DNA from: Nostoc sp. DedSLP01
GTDB lineage: Bacteria; Cyanobacteriota; Cyanobacteriia; Cyanobacteriales; Nostocaceae
Assembly (NCBI GenBank): GCA_034530875.2
Contig: JAVRCJ020000013.1
Location: forward strand, 96,001 to 160,000
Length of the DNA: 64,000 nucleotides
Direction: 5' to 3'
Position 1 is the first letter of the stretch. Each line of letters opens with the position of its first letter. The notes beneath the pieces are model-generated. The model was not told the origin of the DNA. It made no database searches and was given only the letters and a program-made list of their open reading frames with translations. Of this stretch, positions 12,516-23,166 are shown one piece after another. A program made the translations under genes and the position numbers.

Positions 12516-12652
12516 GTATTTTGAATGATTGATTTGTTGGTTTGGATATTGAGCGATCGCTTTTCTCGAAGATGTTTAACGGTGAAATTATTGAGTTTTT
12601 AGCAGAAATACATGGTACGATCGGACAAACTGGCAAGAATGCACAGCCACCT

Positions 12653-12883
12653 ATGAATTACAGAAACTATATCACAATCGAAGCGGATAAACGCGGTGGT
12701 AAGCCTTGTGTACGTGGCTTGCGAATTACAGTTTATGAGGTGCTTGAATACCTAGCTTCCGAGATGACTGAAGCAGAAATTCTTGATGATTTTCCCGATC
12801 TAACGCGAGAAGATTTAAAAGCTTGTATTGCTTATGCGGCTGACCGTGAACGTCGGCTTATGATTTCTCCATTATCAGCATGA
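12653..12883 (+). CDS. DUF433-family antitoxin
   Basis: GGKPCVRGLRITV...EILDDFPDLTREDLKACIAYA; ATGA overlap with the next gene. Confidence 0.9.
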   Translation: MNYRNYITIEADKRGGKPCVRGLRITVYEVLEYLASEMTEAEILDDFPDLTREDLKACIAYAADRERRLMISPLSA

Positions 12884-13212
12884 AATTACTGTTTGATGAA
12901 AACTTATCCCCTAAATTATCCACTCGTTTGAGCGATCTTTTTCCAGACTCACTTCATGTTCGGGATGTAGGCATGAAAGCAACAATAGACCCGATAGTTT
13001 GGAATTATGCAAAAGATAATGATTTTATGATCGTCTCAAAAGATGCTGATATGCACGATCTGAGTTTACTGTTTGGGAATCCCCCAAAAGTCATCTGGCT
13101 TAGACTTGGAAACTGTTCTACCTTACAAGTTGAAAATGTACTGCGTCGGGAGTTCAGCACGATCAAATTATTTTATGAAGATGAAAATTCATCATTGCTT
13201 GCCCTCTCATAA
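12880..13212 (+). CDS. DUF5615/PIN-like toxin (VapC45-like)
   Basis: MKLLFDENLSP...IVSKDAD...KVIWLRLGN; coupled to DUF433 gene. Confidence 0.88.
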   Translation: MKLLFDENLSPKLSTRLSDLFPDSLHVRDVGMKATIDPIVWNYAKDNDFMIVSKDADMHDLSLLFGNPPKVIWLRLGNCSTLQVENVLRREFSTIKLFYEDENSSLLALS

Positions 13213-13299
13213 TCGCACTAAAAAATTGCAACTGCGTTCAAGTCAGTAATCAGGTGCGTTACATTCCATTAACGCACCCTACAAGATTTAAATTCCATA

Positions 13300-14373
13300 T
13301 TATACAATCAAGCTGCGTAGCAGCTCATCTCTATATTGCTTATAAATGGTTGGCAAATTCTCCACTTCTTGCTCAGAAAGACCATACTTGTTCTTCCAGT
13401 ATTGTTTTGCTTGTTGATGCAGTGTTGTACGACCAATCTCCATCTGTCTTTGGTATCTGCTTATACACGCTTTAACGGCCGATTTTAACGTCCCATTTTT
13501 GTCATGAGTCCATATTGGGCAAAAAACGCCTATTCCGCGTTCATCTGGATCTTCATAAAAACGTCCATATATTGACACTATATGTAAATGAAAATTAGGA
13601 TCTTGTTTTTCAAAAGAACTAATATACCAATTAACATTTTTAATCCAGTCATATAAAATTGCGTCACCAAGACTATAAGCAACCACTACATCACTACCAC
13701 CAGGTTGATGAGAAAGAGGGTGCGTCCTACTAAATCTTGGACATGGACGGACGATTCTTTGTAGTTCAGGAGGTAATCCATGCATTTCATTGCTTGCAAA
13801 AATTGCCTCAATTGCACCTCTTTCAGACCGAAAGCGATCGCGAACTAATGGGATTTGGTTTTTTCTTTGAGTATTCTTTTGTGCAATTTTAGCTTGTCTC
13901 TGTAGACATTTTTGTTCTTCTGCCTCTCTCCGTCGCTCCTCCTCTGCCGCTCTAAGTTGACTCTCTAAATTATCTCGCTCAACACTTAGTTCATGTCTAC
14001 GATCAACTCCAACCAACTCTATCGTTACAAGGTCAAGCCAACTAGGTTTTGAAGAGTCTACTTTTTTCCAGATACTCTCTACTCTTTGGATTAAACCACA
14101 TAATTCATGTGTGTAGCTTTGAGGGATATTGTCTGCGTTTAGCCAAAGCTTACTAACTTGTTCGCCTTTTTCAGTTGTTTCAATTTCATACCAGAAATTG
14201 ACTGTTTCCAAAGCTTCGCTATTGTCCAATTTTTGGGCTAATTCAGGATGTTTTTTCTTAATTTTTTTTATATGGAAGAAAACTTTTCCATTAGGATTAG
14301 AAAAAGTACGACGGACAAACCCAAATCCTCTGTCAGCGTGGTAGTTGTTAATACTACCAAAATCTATCGTCAT
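13300..14373 (-). CDS. Cold-shock(OB)-domain protein with coiled coil and unknown C-terminal domain
   Basis: N-terminal DRGFGFV (RNP1) and VFFHI (RNP2); EEERRREAEEQ coil; ATG at 14373 (track start 14403). Confidence 0.7.
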   Translation of the reverse strand: MTIDFGSINNYHADRGFGFVRRTFSNPNGKVFFHIKKIKKKHPELAQKLDNSEALETVNFWYEIETTEKGEQVSKLWLNADNIPQSYTHELCGLIQRVESIWKKVDSSKPSWLDLVTIELVGVDRRHELSVERDNLESQLRAAEEERRREAEEQKCLQRQAKIAQKNTQRKNQIPLVRDRFRSERGAIEAIFASNEMHGLPPELQRIVRPCPRFSRTHPLSHQPGGSDVVVAYSLGDAILYDWIKNVNWYISSFEKQDPNFHLHIVSIYGRFYEDPDERGIGVFCPIWTHDKNGTLKSAVKACISRYQRQMEIGRTTLHQQAKQYWKNKYGLSEQEVENLPTIYKQYRDELLRSLIV

Positions 14374-14671
14374 AAAACCAAACCCCTTTACGTCCCCGTT
14401 CACACACAGCAGATGATCTCTGCATCATAACCGATCGCTCTCCATTGATGAGAACCGCGATTCTACTTAAACTTAGTATAAAAAATATGATATTTACAGT
14501 TGTACTAAGTTCTCAAAGCAAGAATAAATAATGCATTGAAAATTTAGCGATCGCACTTGACAATCAAGACAGTCCCTAGATCTGTTTTAGTTTTCAGACT
14601 TAACTAAACGGTATGATTTATACCCTATTTCTTAACCGTAGTGGAAAGGCTGTTCGCAGTCCTCTGGATTG

Positions 14672-16150
14672 TTAGACATTCTCCGAGAATTTCAACTTTT
14701 CAACTTCCAACTTTAACCTTTCATTCTCCATCCGTAGCGCCAATATTTCATTCTTCTGCAATTCAATTAACGACTTTTGACTAATTACCTCACCAAAGGC
14801 TTTTTTACGGTTTTCAATGCCAAACCAACGCTGATAGGTTTTTGTATGTTCATCAACAGTATGACCTAAATTATCTGCTGCGGCTTTGATGGGTATTCCC
14901 TGGAGATGCGCTCGAATCGCGCAAGCATGACGCAAATCGTAGGGTTGAAACTCAATTCCCACTTTTCTAAACCATCTGGATATATCTCGCCGCATCCAAT
15001 TAATATTTTGCACAGATGCAATTTTTGTCACCTTTTTTTCTAAAATATTTAATGGTTTGGGATTTTGTAAGTCAAATAATTCTATCCATTCAGGTACAAA
15101 AGGTATAACTTCTCGATATCCAGTTTTTGTATTTTTATTGACTTTCCAAGTATGGTCTATATTTTGGGGAGATATCCACCAATTAATATCGGGTTGCACA
15201 AATAATTCCCTTGGTCTTAACCCAAAGGTTGCTAACATTCCATATACCCAACGCCACATTTCCCATGTGTCGATTTCATCACTGATGTTTGTATTTTTGC
15301 GGTTGAGGGCGAATTTTTCAAATAAGTCGAAAGAAGATACTATTTTATCATCGTCGGGGATTTCTCGATGGGCTGGGGTGACATTATCCCGTGTGACATC
15401 GAGTGTAAATCCCAACTGAAAGGTTTTAATAAAAACAGAAGTTACGGCAATCAGTTCATTTTTTTTATTTCCCTGAAATGAATTAATAATTTCCTCAAAG
15501 TTATTTTTTGTAGCCAAAGTGCTTAAAGGAAAGTTTCTTTTAATAACAGATTGATAGTTAGCAAAAGTATTTTGACTGGTGATAGTCTGCTGACGGTTTT
15601 TATAATATTTTTCCGGAAATATATCTAATAATTCCCCAATGGTTTTTATCTCTTGTTTCTCTCTAGACTTAATTCCTAAATACTTCTCATTCCACTCGAA
15701 AGTATGGCGAGCGATTAATTTACCCAACTCGTAACTTTCCTCGATCGCAGTTTTTAGTCCCTCTAAATTTGCTGGTATCCCTAGAGACAAGTCGTACTGC
15801 TTTTTTTCTTTACCTAAGCTGCAATCGCCTGGTTTTAACGGTAGGGTAGCTCGTAACTGAAGGGAATTGCCAGTTTGTTTAATGCTAACTTTAACTCTAT
15901 CCCTTTTTAAATTACTATTAGCTTCGACTAACTTCTCTTCAAAAACTGCTTGATACTGTAGTTCTGTTGCTTTAATTTTCGCCATTGTTCCCCTGTAGCT
16001 ACCGTCTGTGGTGTTGTGCGGCTCAAAATCTGCAAACATATCGGCGAACAAGTTCCTTGAGTCTGCGTTTGCATCCTCATGTGTAGATAGGGGATATGTT
16101 TTTGATATGAAATTTTGGCGATCGCAATTACCCTGATTTTGCCCGTTCAT
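14672..16150 (-). CDS. xisC: Tyrosine recombinase (excisase) XisC
   Basis: GLRPRE, KTG, DLRHACAIR, LGH, HTKTY catalytic motifs; starts ~116 bp inside the right repeat. Confidence 0.95.
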   Translation of the reverse strand: MNGQNQGNCDRQNFISKTYPLSTHEDANADSRNLFADMFADFEPHNTTDGSYRGTMAKIKATELQYQAVFEEKLVEANSNLKRDRVKVSIKQTGNSLQLRATLPLKPGDCSLGKEKKQYDLSLGIPANLEGLKTAIEESYELGKLIARHTFEWNEKYLGIKSREKQEIKTIGELLDIFPEKYYKNRQQTITSQNTFANYQSVIKRNFPLSTLATKNNFEEIINSFQGNKKNELIAVTSVFIKTFQLGFTLDVTRDNVTPAHREIPDDDKIVSSFDLFEKFALNRKNTNISDEIDTWEMWRWVYGMLATFGLRPRELFVQPDINWWISPQNIDHTWKVNKNTKTGYREVIPFVPEWIELFDLQNPKPLNILEKKVTKIASVQNINWMRRDISRWFRKVGIEFQPYDLRHACAIRAHLQGIPIKAAADNLGHTVDEHTKTYQRWFGIENRKKAFGEVISQKSLIELQKNEILALRMENERLKLEVEKLKFSENV

Positions 16151-16266
16151 TCCCTAAATATTCCCTTATTTATAAGCTGAAATGGTGAAAATAAAATGTT
16201 ATTGCTGAGCAAAATCACTTTACAGAATAAGTTACTCAGGAACATTTTTACAATATCACTAGTTGC

Positions 16267-17367
<1,101 letters not shown>

Positions 17368-17461
17368 TTTAATTATCAGGTGCGTTAGTCGTAGGGCAAC
17401 GCACCTAAGTTTTTGTAGTTTAGAGTTTCCCAAGCAGCTATTTTGAGTCTGCTTGCTTAAT

Positions 17462-17932
17462 TCACACAACATAACACATAAAATACACCTGTCGTTGCCA
17501 AATAGCTCCATTGAAGTGAAACAATAAGTAGTACCCACACATAGAGTAAGCAATGTGAACAAGCCCATAATCGCATGATTCACTAAACCCAACCCGCGAT
17601 AAGGTAAAAATTCCACGAGCTTTTTGAAATTCCTGTGGTTCAAACTCTGAGACAAAGCGATATCCATTTTCAACTTGAAATCGCTTCTCCAAACGCCACT
17701 CACGGGTATTTTTCACTTCATAATCTTCAATCATGCCCTTGTTTTTTAAACACTTATACTTGAATGCACCAGAGAAGCGTGGCTGCTCATTGTGATATTT
17801 GTGAAATGGATTGTCACCTGTGTAGTCATTGAATACTGTATCGGGGCGATGAAATAGAAATAAATTCTTCTCTTGACAAATAGCAGTATAAATATCGTAT
17901 TCAGCCTGTGAGATTGCGCCTTCAGTCACCAT
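17462..17932 (-). CDS. Hypothetical protein
   Basis: 156-aa ATG ORF; no recognised motif. Confidence 0.55.
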   Translation of the reverse strand: MVTEGAISQAEYDIYTAICQEKNLFLFHRPDTVFNDYTGDNPFHKYHNEQPRFSGAFKYKCLKNKGMIEDYEVKNTREWRLEKRFQVENGYRFVSEFEPQEFQKARGIFTLSRVGFSESCDYGLVHIAYSMCGYYLLFHFNGAIWQRQVYFMCYVV

Positions 17933-18051
17933 AAAAGTTTGCTGCGATCGCTTTTGGTATTCGAGTTTATACTAGATATTGTCAATTCTTTCTCGAAACT
18001 TGCTAGAAGATACTAATAATATAGTTGCAATTTTGCTAGACACACTTTTGT

Positions 18052-18261
18052 ATGGCTGAGATTATTGAGATACCTATTGAACTGACTCATTTTAAACTTC
18101 CTGAAGCTGTCCAAGAGCGTCTGCAATTTCTCCTGGATCGGCAAGATGCAGGGGAAGTGCTTACCCAAGCAGAACGAGGAGAAGCAGAAGGGTTGGTTGA
18201 GTTGGCAGAATTTTTATCTTTGCTGCACTTGCGATCGCAGCGTGTAATGCGGCAGGGATAA
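18052..18261 (+). CDS. Small helical protein, putative antitoxin/partner of the HNH nuclease
   Basis: Stop directly abuts the HNH ATG; similar to the protein at 21880-22116. Confidence 0.75.
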   Translation: MAEIIEIPIELTHFKLPEAVQERLQFLLDRQDAGEVLTQAERGEAEGLVELAEFLSLLHLRSQRVMRQG

Positions 18262-18675
18262 ATGGTAACGATTTCAGCTGCTTTACGTCGATTAGTCATC
18301 CAAAGAGCAAGCGATCGCTGTGAATATTGCACTTTATCTCAAACAGGTCAAGCAGCTACATTTCATATCGACCATATCACTCCTGTAGTAGCAGGTGGTA
18401 CAACAACAGCAAATAATTTGGCACTTGCTTGCGTCTCCTGTTCCCTACGTAAGGCTGCCCGACAATTGGTTGAAGATCCAGAAACGCGAGAAAAAGTCCC
18501 AATCTTCAACCCTCGCGAACAACTATGGAAAGAACACTTTCAGTGGAATGGTGTACAAGTTATAGGATTAACAGCTACAGGAAGAGCAACAGTTAATGCA
18601 CTTAAAATGAATCGTGAGATTATGCTAGCGATTCGCGCAGAAGAGGAACTCCTTGGTCGTCATCCACCACCTTAA
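18262..18675 (+). CDS. HNH endonuclease
   Basis: CEYC...IDHITP...GG...NLALACVSCS, FNPR..W..HF.W, GRATV. Confidence 0.9.
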   Translation: MVTISAALRRLVIQRASDRCEYCTLSQTGQAATFHIDHITPVVAGGTTTANNLALACVSCSLRKAARQLVEDPETREKVPIFNPREQLWKEHFQWNGVQVIGLTATGRATVNALKMNREIMLAIRAEEELLGRHPPP

Positions 18676-18800
18676 TAGATGGATAAGCTTAACTCACTTT
18701 TACCCTCATCATTGCATATTGTAATGTTTGCTGCTTATCTAGCGATCGCCCTTGCACCACTGCGACAACTAAACTTAGTTTACAGACTTAGTTTACTGTT

Positions 18801-19046
18801 ATGGAAACTGTAAATATTCATCAAGCTAAAACAAATCTCTCAAAGCTGCTGTCACGTGTAGAACTTGGAGAAGAAATCATTATTTCTAACCGAGGAATTC
18901 GCATCGCCAAGTTGGTTCCGTTTCGCTCCTCATCAAATCGACTCAAGAGTTTAGGGCAGGATAAAGGGCTTTTTATAGTCCGAGACGATTTTAATGCTCC
19001 TTTACCAGAAGAAATTTTGGCAGCATTTGAGGGCAGTCAAAAGTGA
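18801..19046 (+). CDS. Phd/YefM-family antitoxin
   Basis: VNIHQAKTNLSKLLSRVELGEEIII...DDFNAPLP. Confidence 0.9.
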   Translation: METVNIHQAKTNLSKLLSRVELGEEIIISNRGIRIAKLVPFRSSSNRLKSLGQDKGLFIVRDDFNAPLPEEILAAFEGSQK

Positions 19047-19084
19047 AACTCTTGCTAGATACTCAGTGCTGGTTATGGTGGTTT
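19043..19084 (+). pseudogene. Truncated VapC (PIN) toxin, first 14 codons only
   Basis: GTGA-coupled MKLLLDTQCWLWWF, after which the sequence becomes the antisense of hicA. Confidence 0.8.
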
Positions 19085-19307
19085 AATGCGACTCCAGCAT
19101 TTCTTCAATTGTCAAACCAATATCACTTGCAATTTGCCGTAGTAGCCTTGGTGATATGTCACGTCCTTTGTGAAATGGCACTGTTGTTCCTCGCCCATCT
19201 TCATGTCGAAACTGTTTGTGTGAGCCTTTCTGACGTACTTCTACAAATCCAAGGTTTTCCAATATTCGTACAACTTCTTGGGGTTTGAGAACAGGAATAT
19301 TACTCAT
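19083..19307 (-). CDS. hicA: HicA-family mRNA interferase toxin
   Basis: GFVEVRQKGSHKQFRH...TTVPFHKGRDI. Confidence 0.92.
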   Translation of the reverse strand: MSNIPVLKPQEVVRILENLGFVEVRQKGSHKQFRHEDGRGTTVPFHKGRDISPRLLRQIASDIGLTIEEMLESH

Positions 19308-19310
19308 CGT

Positions 19311-19520
19311 CTACTGAACCACAATCTGTTGTGTACCTATAAACTCCGTCTCGAAGGCTAGATTCTCATCCTCTAAAAGCATCTCAATAACTTCACGCAA
19401 ATTTTCCTGCAACTCATCCAGGGTTTCGCCTTGAGAATGCGCTCCAGGAAAGCCAGGGACATAGCCAACATATAATTTAGTATCAAGATCTCTTTCAACT
19501 ATCGCAGTAAAAGTTTTCAT
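19311..19520 (-). CDS. hicB: HicB-family antitoxin (short form)
   Basis: YVGYVPGFPGAHSQGETLDELQENLREVIE. Confidence 0.92.
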   Translation of the reverse strand: MKTFTAIVERDLDTKLYVGYVPGFPGAHSQGETLDELQENLREVIEMLLEDENLAFETEFIGTQQIVVQ

Positions 19521-19556
19521 ATTACAATATAAACTCCAACTATGGTGTAATTTTAT

Positions 19557-20063
19557 CTATGATTTCTCAATTCTGAAAAATACTATAGGATTGCCATTGA
19601 TAATTTTTTCATCTACCTTTATCATGCCAATTCTTTCTGCTACTTTTTGTGATTCTAAGTTTGGGCAATTGCAGCTTGCTACAAGATACTTATAGTTAAG
19701 TTCATCAAAAGAATAGTCTAATATCTTCGTTGCAGCTTCGGTAGCATAGCCTTGTTTGGTAGCTTTAGGCAGCAAAGCATAAACTAATTGAGGTTGTTGT
19801 TCATCAAAAAAAGTCCACAACCCAACAAAACCAATAATTTTTTGCTCATTTTTAGTCTCAATAAACCAAAGACCATATTTTTTTTCTTCAAAATTCTTTT
19901 GGTTCTCCCTCACCATTTCTTCAACCTGTTCCAATGGAAGAATTTTGTCATCGCACAGATATCTTCTGACGTATGAATCAATGAAAATAGTATGTAGTGT
20001 GTTCAGCCCACTCTCCAAAATTGGTTTTAATAAAAGCCTCTGAGTTTCAAATATTAAAGTCAT
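19557..20063 (-). CDS. RimJ/RimL-type GNAT acetyltransferase
   Basis: ETQRLLLKP...QGYATEAA...NLESQKVAERIGM; true start is likely the ATG at 20063. Confidence 0.85.
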   Translation of the reverse strand: MTLIFETQRLLLKPILESGLNTLHTIFIDSYVRRYLCDDKILPLEQVEEMVRENQKNFEEKKYGLWFIETKNEQKIIGFVGLWTFFDEQQPQLVYALLPKATKQGYATEAATKILDYSFDELNYKYLVASCNCPNLESQKVAERIGMIKVDEKIINGNPIVFFRIEKS

Positions 20064-20077
20064 TAGTTTAGACCTCA

Positions 20078-20137
20078 CTACGGCTCCAGCATTTTTGAGA
20101 ACAGGAATATTACTCATAGTCTACTAAACCAGTATCT
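20078..20137 (-). pseudogene. Scar of a second hicBA copy (hicB 3' end plus hicA with a large internal deletion)
   Basis: Near-identical to 19284-19327, fused to the hicA 3' end sequence AAATGCTGGAG. Confidence 0.75.
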
Positions 20138-20446
20138 CTTATAAGTAAGTTGCCGGAATAAAATCAAACTATGTGAATAAAAATGAACTAGCCTAAAACC
20201 CTGATGCTACTTGAGTGATGCCTACGGCTTGCCTATGCCTATACATTTGCGACATTGGCGACTACATTTGCTACTTCTGGATGAATAGGGTAGGGAGACA
20301 AGATAGGGAAAGACTAATGACCAATGACTAATGACTAATGACTAATTATTCAAAACTCGTAGCGTAACACACTAAAACTTATAGAAACAGTGAGTTAGGC
20401 TTGCCTTAATGCACTTGCATAAAACATTAATGTACATGGTAAGCTT

Positions 20447-20869
20447 GTGTCTGATTTAGCACTACATAACTATTTTCCTCGCGTTCCCGATGCAGCATTG
20501 CAAGAATTCATAGAATGGTGTGTTGTAGAACAGGCAAAAGCCGCAGAATGTAACTTTACTCCAGATAGAAGTAAGTTGAATAATTTGCCACCAGCAGATT
20601 ATATTCCCAAGCTTGTGGATCAGTTTATGAAAGTTAAACCAGATCCAATTAAAGCAGGTTTAGTAGCAGCGATCGCTGGTAAGGAAGCTGACAAACATGG
20701 TTTATCTGGTATGGCTGTCGTAGCTGATTTTGTGTCTCTTTATGTAAAATATTTAATTCCTAAAGAAGGCACAACTCCAGAAGATGCACAAGCAATATTA
20801 ACTAAAGCATCACAACATCAGTACGACAAACTTGCTGAAATTGCTAAGAAACATAGTGTAGAGCTATGA
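20447..20869 (+). CDS. Hypothetical protein upstream of hupW
   Basis: 140-aa GTG ORF with typical codon usage. Confidence 0.75.
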   Translation: MSDLALHNYFPRVPDAALQEFIEWCVVEQAKAAECNFTPDRSKLNNLPPADYIPKLVDQFMKVKPDPIKAGLVAAIAGKEADKHGLSGMAVVADFVSLYVKYLIPKEGTTPEDAQAILTKASQHQYDKLAEIAKKHSVEL

Positions 20870-20943
20870 TTTTTGTCGGCTGAACAATTATTTTTCAGAG
20901 GCTTTGTCTGTACTATTACTCAGAGCCTCTGTTTTAGTCATTT

Positions 20944-21675
20944 CTAATTAGAGCCTACTCGATACCAATATTCATAAATTGGTTCATAGCCAAGTTTTTC
21001 ATACAAGTTACGAGCTGGAATATTCGCCTGCACTACCTGTATGTAAGAAAAGTAAGCTCCTTTATTAATACCCCATTGAAGCAAACCTTGAATAATTGCT
21101 GTTGCATAGCTGCGTCGCCTTTGTGTCGGACTCGTAACAATGTCAAAAATACCTAAGTAACCGCTTTCTAAAACGCCTATTCCACAAGCAACAATTTCAT
21201 CATTTTGTTTGCATGAAGCAAATAGAATTTCTGACTTGATTGCTGACAATATCATTTTATGAATAGTTGGTGGCTGTTCTCCCGAAGATTTTAAGTTATG
21301 ATAAGCAACCAACCAATTATCTAAATTTTCCTGATTAATAGCAGGTAGAATATTTAGCGATCGCTCTGATAATCTCGTACCCATTACTAGCGATCGCTCA
21401 ATTATTTCATATCCCCTTGCGGCTAGTTTTTCATCTAACACCTCTGGGTTAGTAAATGAAAGCAAACGGAAAATAGGATTTTGTTTGCGCGCTCGATATT
21501 GAGATTCGCAGTAAGTAATCTTTTCTTCAATGTTTAAACCAATTTCATCCAAAACTGTTACTGAATTTGCGCGTTTCGTGTAGCCATCAGCAAAACGCAT
21601 CACCCAACTATGATGATTGATAGTTTCAAAAGCTGGCCATGCTTTCAATGATATTTCTTCAATTGTTCTATGCAT
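20944..21675 (-). CDS. GNAT acetyltransferase
   Basis: GYTKRANSV; QRRRSYA acetyl-CoA loop; N.PARNLYEKLGY. Confidence 0.85.
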   Translation of the reverse strand: MHRTIEEISLKAWPAFETINHHSWVMRFADGYTKRANSVTVLDEIGLNIEEKITYCESQYRARKQNPIFRLLSFTNPEVLDEKLAARGYEIIERSLVMGTRLSERSLNILPAINQENLDNWLVAYHNLKSSGEQPPTIHKMILSAIKSEILFASCKQNDEIVACGIGVLESGYLGIFDIVTSPTQRRRSYATAIIQGLLQWGINKGAYFSYIQVVQANIPARNLYEKLGYEPIYEYWYRVGSN

Positions 21676-21879
21676 TTAAAGCTAGCAACAAATGTTTACC
21701 TATTTATTCAAACATTTCTAAAGCTTAAGTAACGCGGCTCTTTCTCTTAAAATTGAAGAAAAACATTAAAATCTACGTAATATTTTTAGTTGATAACGGA
21801 CATTATATTATAATCTGGATATACAGCTAACTCTTTGAAAAGTAAGTATAATACTATTATATTGAATCGTAATAACGCT

Positions 21880-22116
21880 ATGAATCAAGTAGTAATTAAA
21901 CCCTCATGTTTACTAATGACTGGTATTCGAGTCGAAAAAGTGAATAATCTCAATCTTTTCAAATTTACTGAAGAACTAGGTTCGCGTTTACAAGAACTTC
22001 TGGATAAGAAAAAAGCTGATTCATTGACATCAGAAGAAACCATTGAACTAGAGGCTATTGGAGAATTAGATACAATTTTTAGCTACATAAATGCTACTAT
22101 TGCATCTGGGTCGTGA
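21880..22116 (+). CDS. Small helical protein, homologue of 18052-18261
   Basis: FKFTEELGSRLQELLDKKKADSLT.EE..ELE; GTGA overlap with the HNH gene. Confidence 0.72.
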   Translation: MNQVVIKPSCLLMTGIRVEKVNNLNLFKFTEELGSRLQELLDKKKADSLTSEETIELEAIGELDTIFSYINATIASGS

Positions 22117-22583
22117 CAATTCCTAACAGTATCCAATAATTTGTACGAAATCGTGCTAATTTTAGGTGCGAATACTGCCATTATCCAGAATTTCTCAGCA
22201 CATCTCCCCTGACAATCGACCATATCAAGCCGCAATCTTTGGGGGGTTCGGATGATGTGGATAATTTGGCTTCAGCTTGTCGTCGGTGCAATGAACGTCA
22301 CTATAATTTTACAGTAGGAATCGACCCAGAAACAGAACGAGAAGTCTTCTTATTTAATCCTCGTCAGCAGCAGTGGGCTGAACACTTTATCTGGTCGGCG
22401 GATGGTACAAAAATTATCGGTATCACACCTACAGGTCGAGCTACTTGCAACCGAATTGATTTAAATGATGAACGCCGGAGCGATCGCTTCATACAAAAAT
22501 CTCGGCAACTTTGGGTAAAAGGTGGTTTTCACCCTCCCAGTTCTGACCCGCGCCAAGAAGTTGAGAATCGAGAATTAGAGTAA
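22113..22583 (+). pseudogene. HNH endonuclease with in-frame stop at codon 9
   Basis: GTG at 22113, TAA at 22137-22139, then in frame CEYC...IDHIKP...CRRCN...FNPR..W..HF.W. Confidence 0.85.
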
Positions 22584-22610
22584 GAACCAAAAAATATAAA
22601 ATATTATCTC

Positions 22611-23093
<483 letters not shown>

Positions 23094-23166
23094 GGCATGG
23101 GGCATTGGTTATTTTAATTATTCTCCCCGTCCCCCCGTCCCGGCGTCTCCGTGTCTCCCCATCTCC

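Noticed and set aside
19043..19288. 81-aa ORF as a complete toxin
   Set aside because: Only the first 14 codons are PIN-like; the rest is antisense of hicA.
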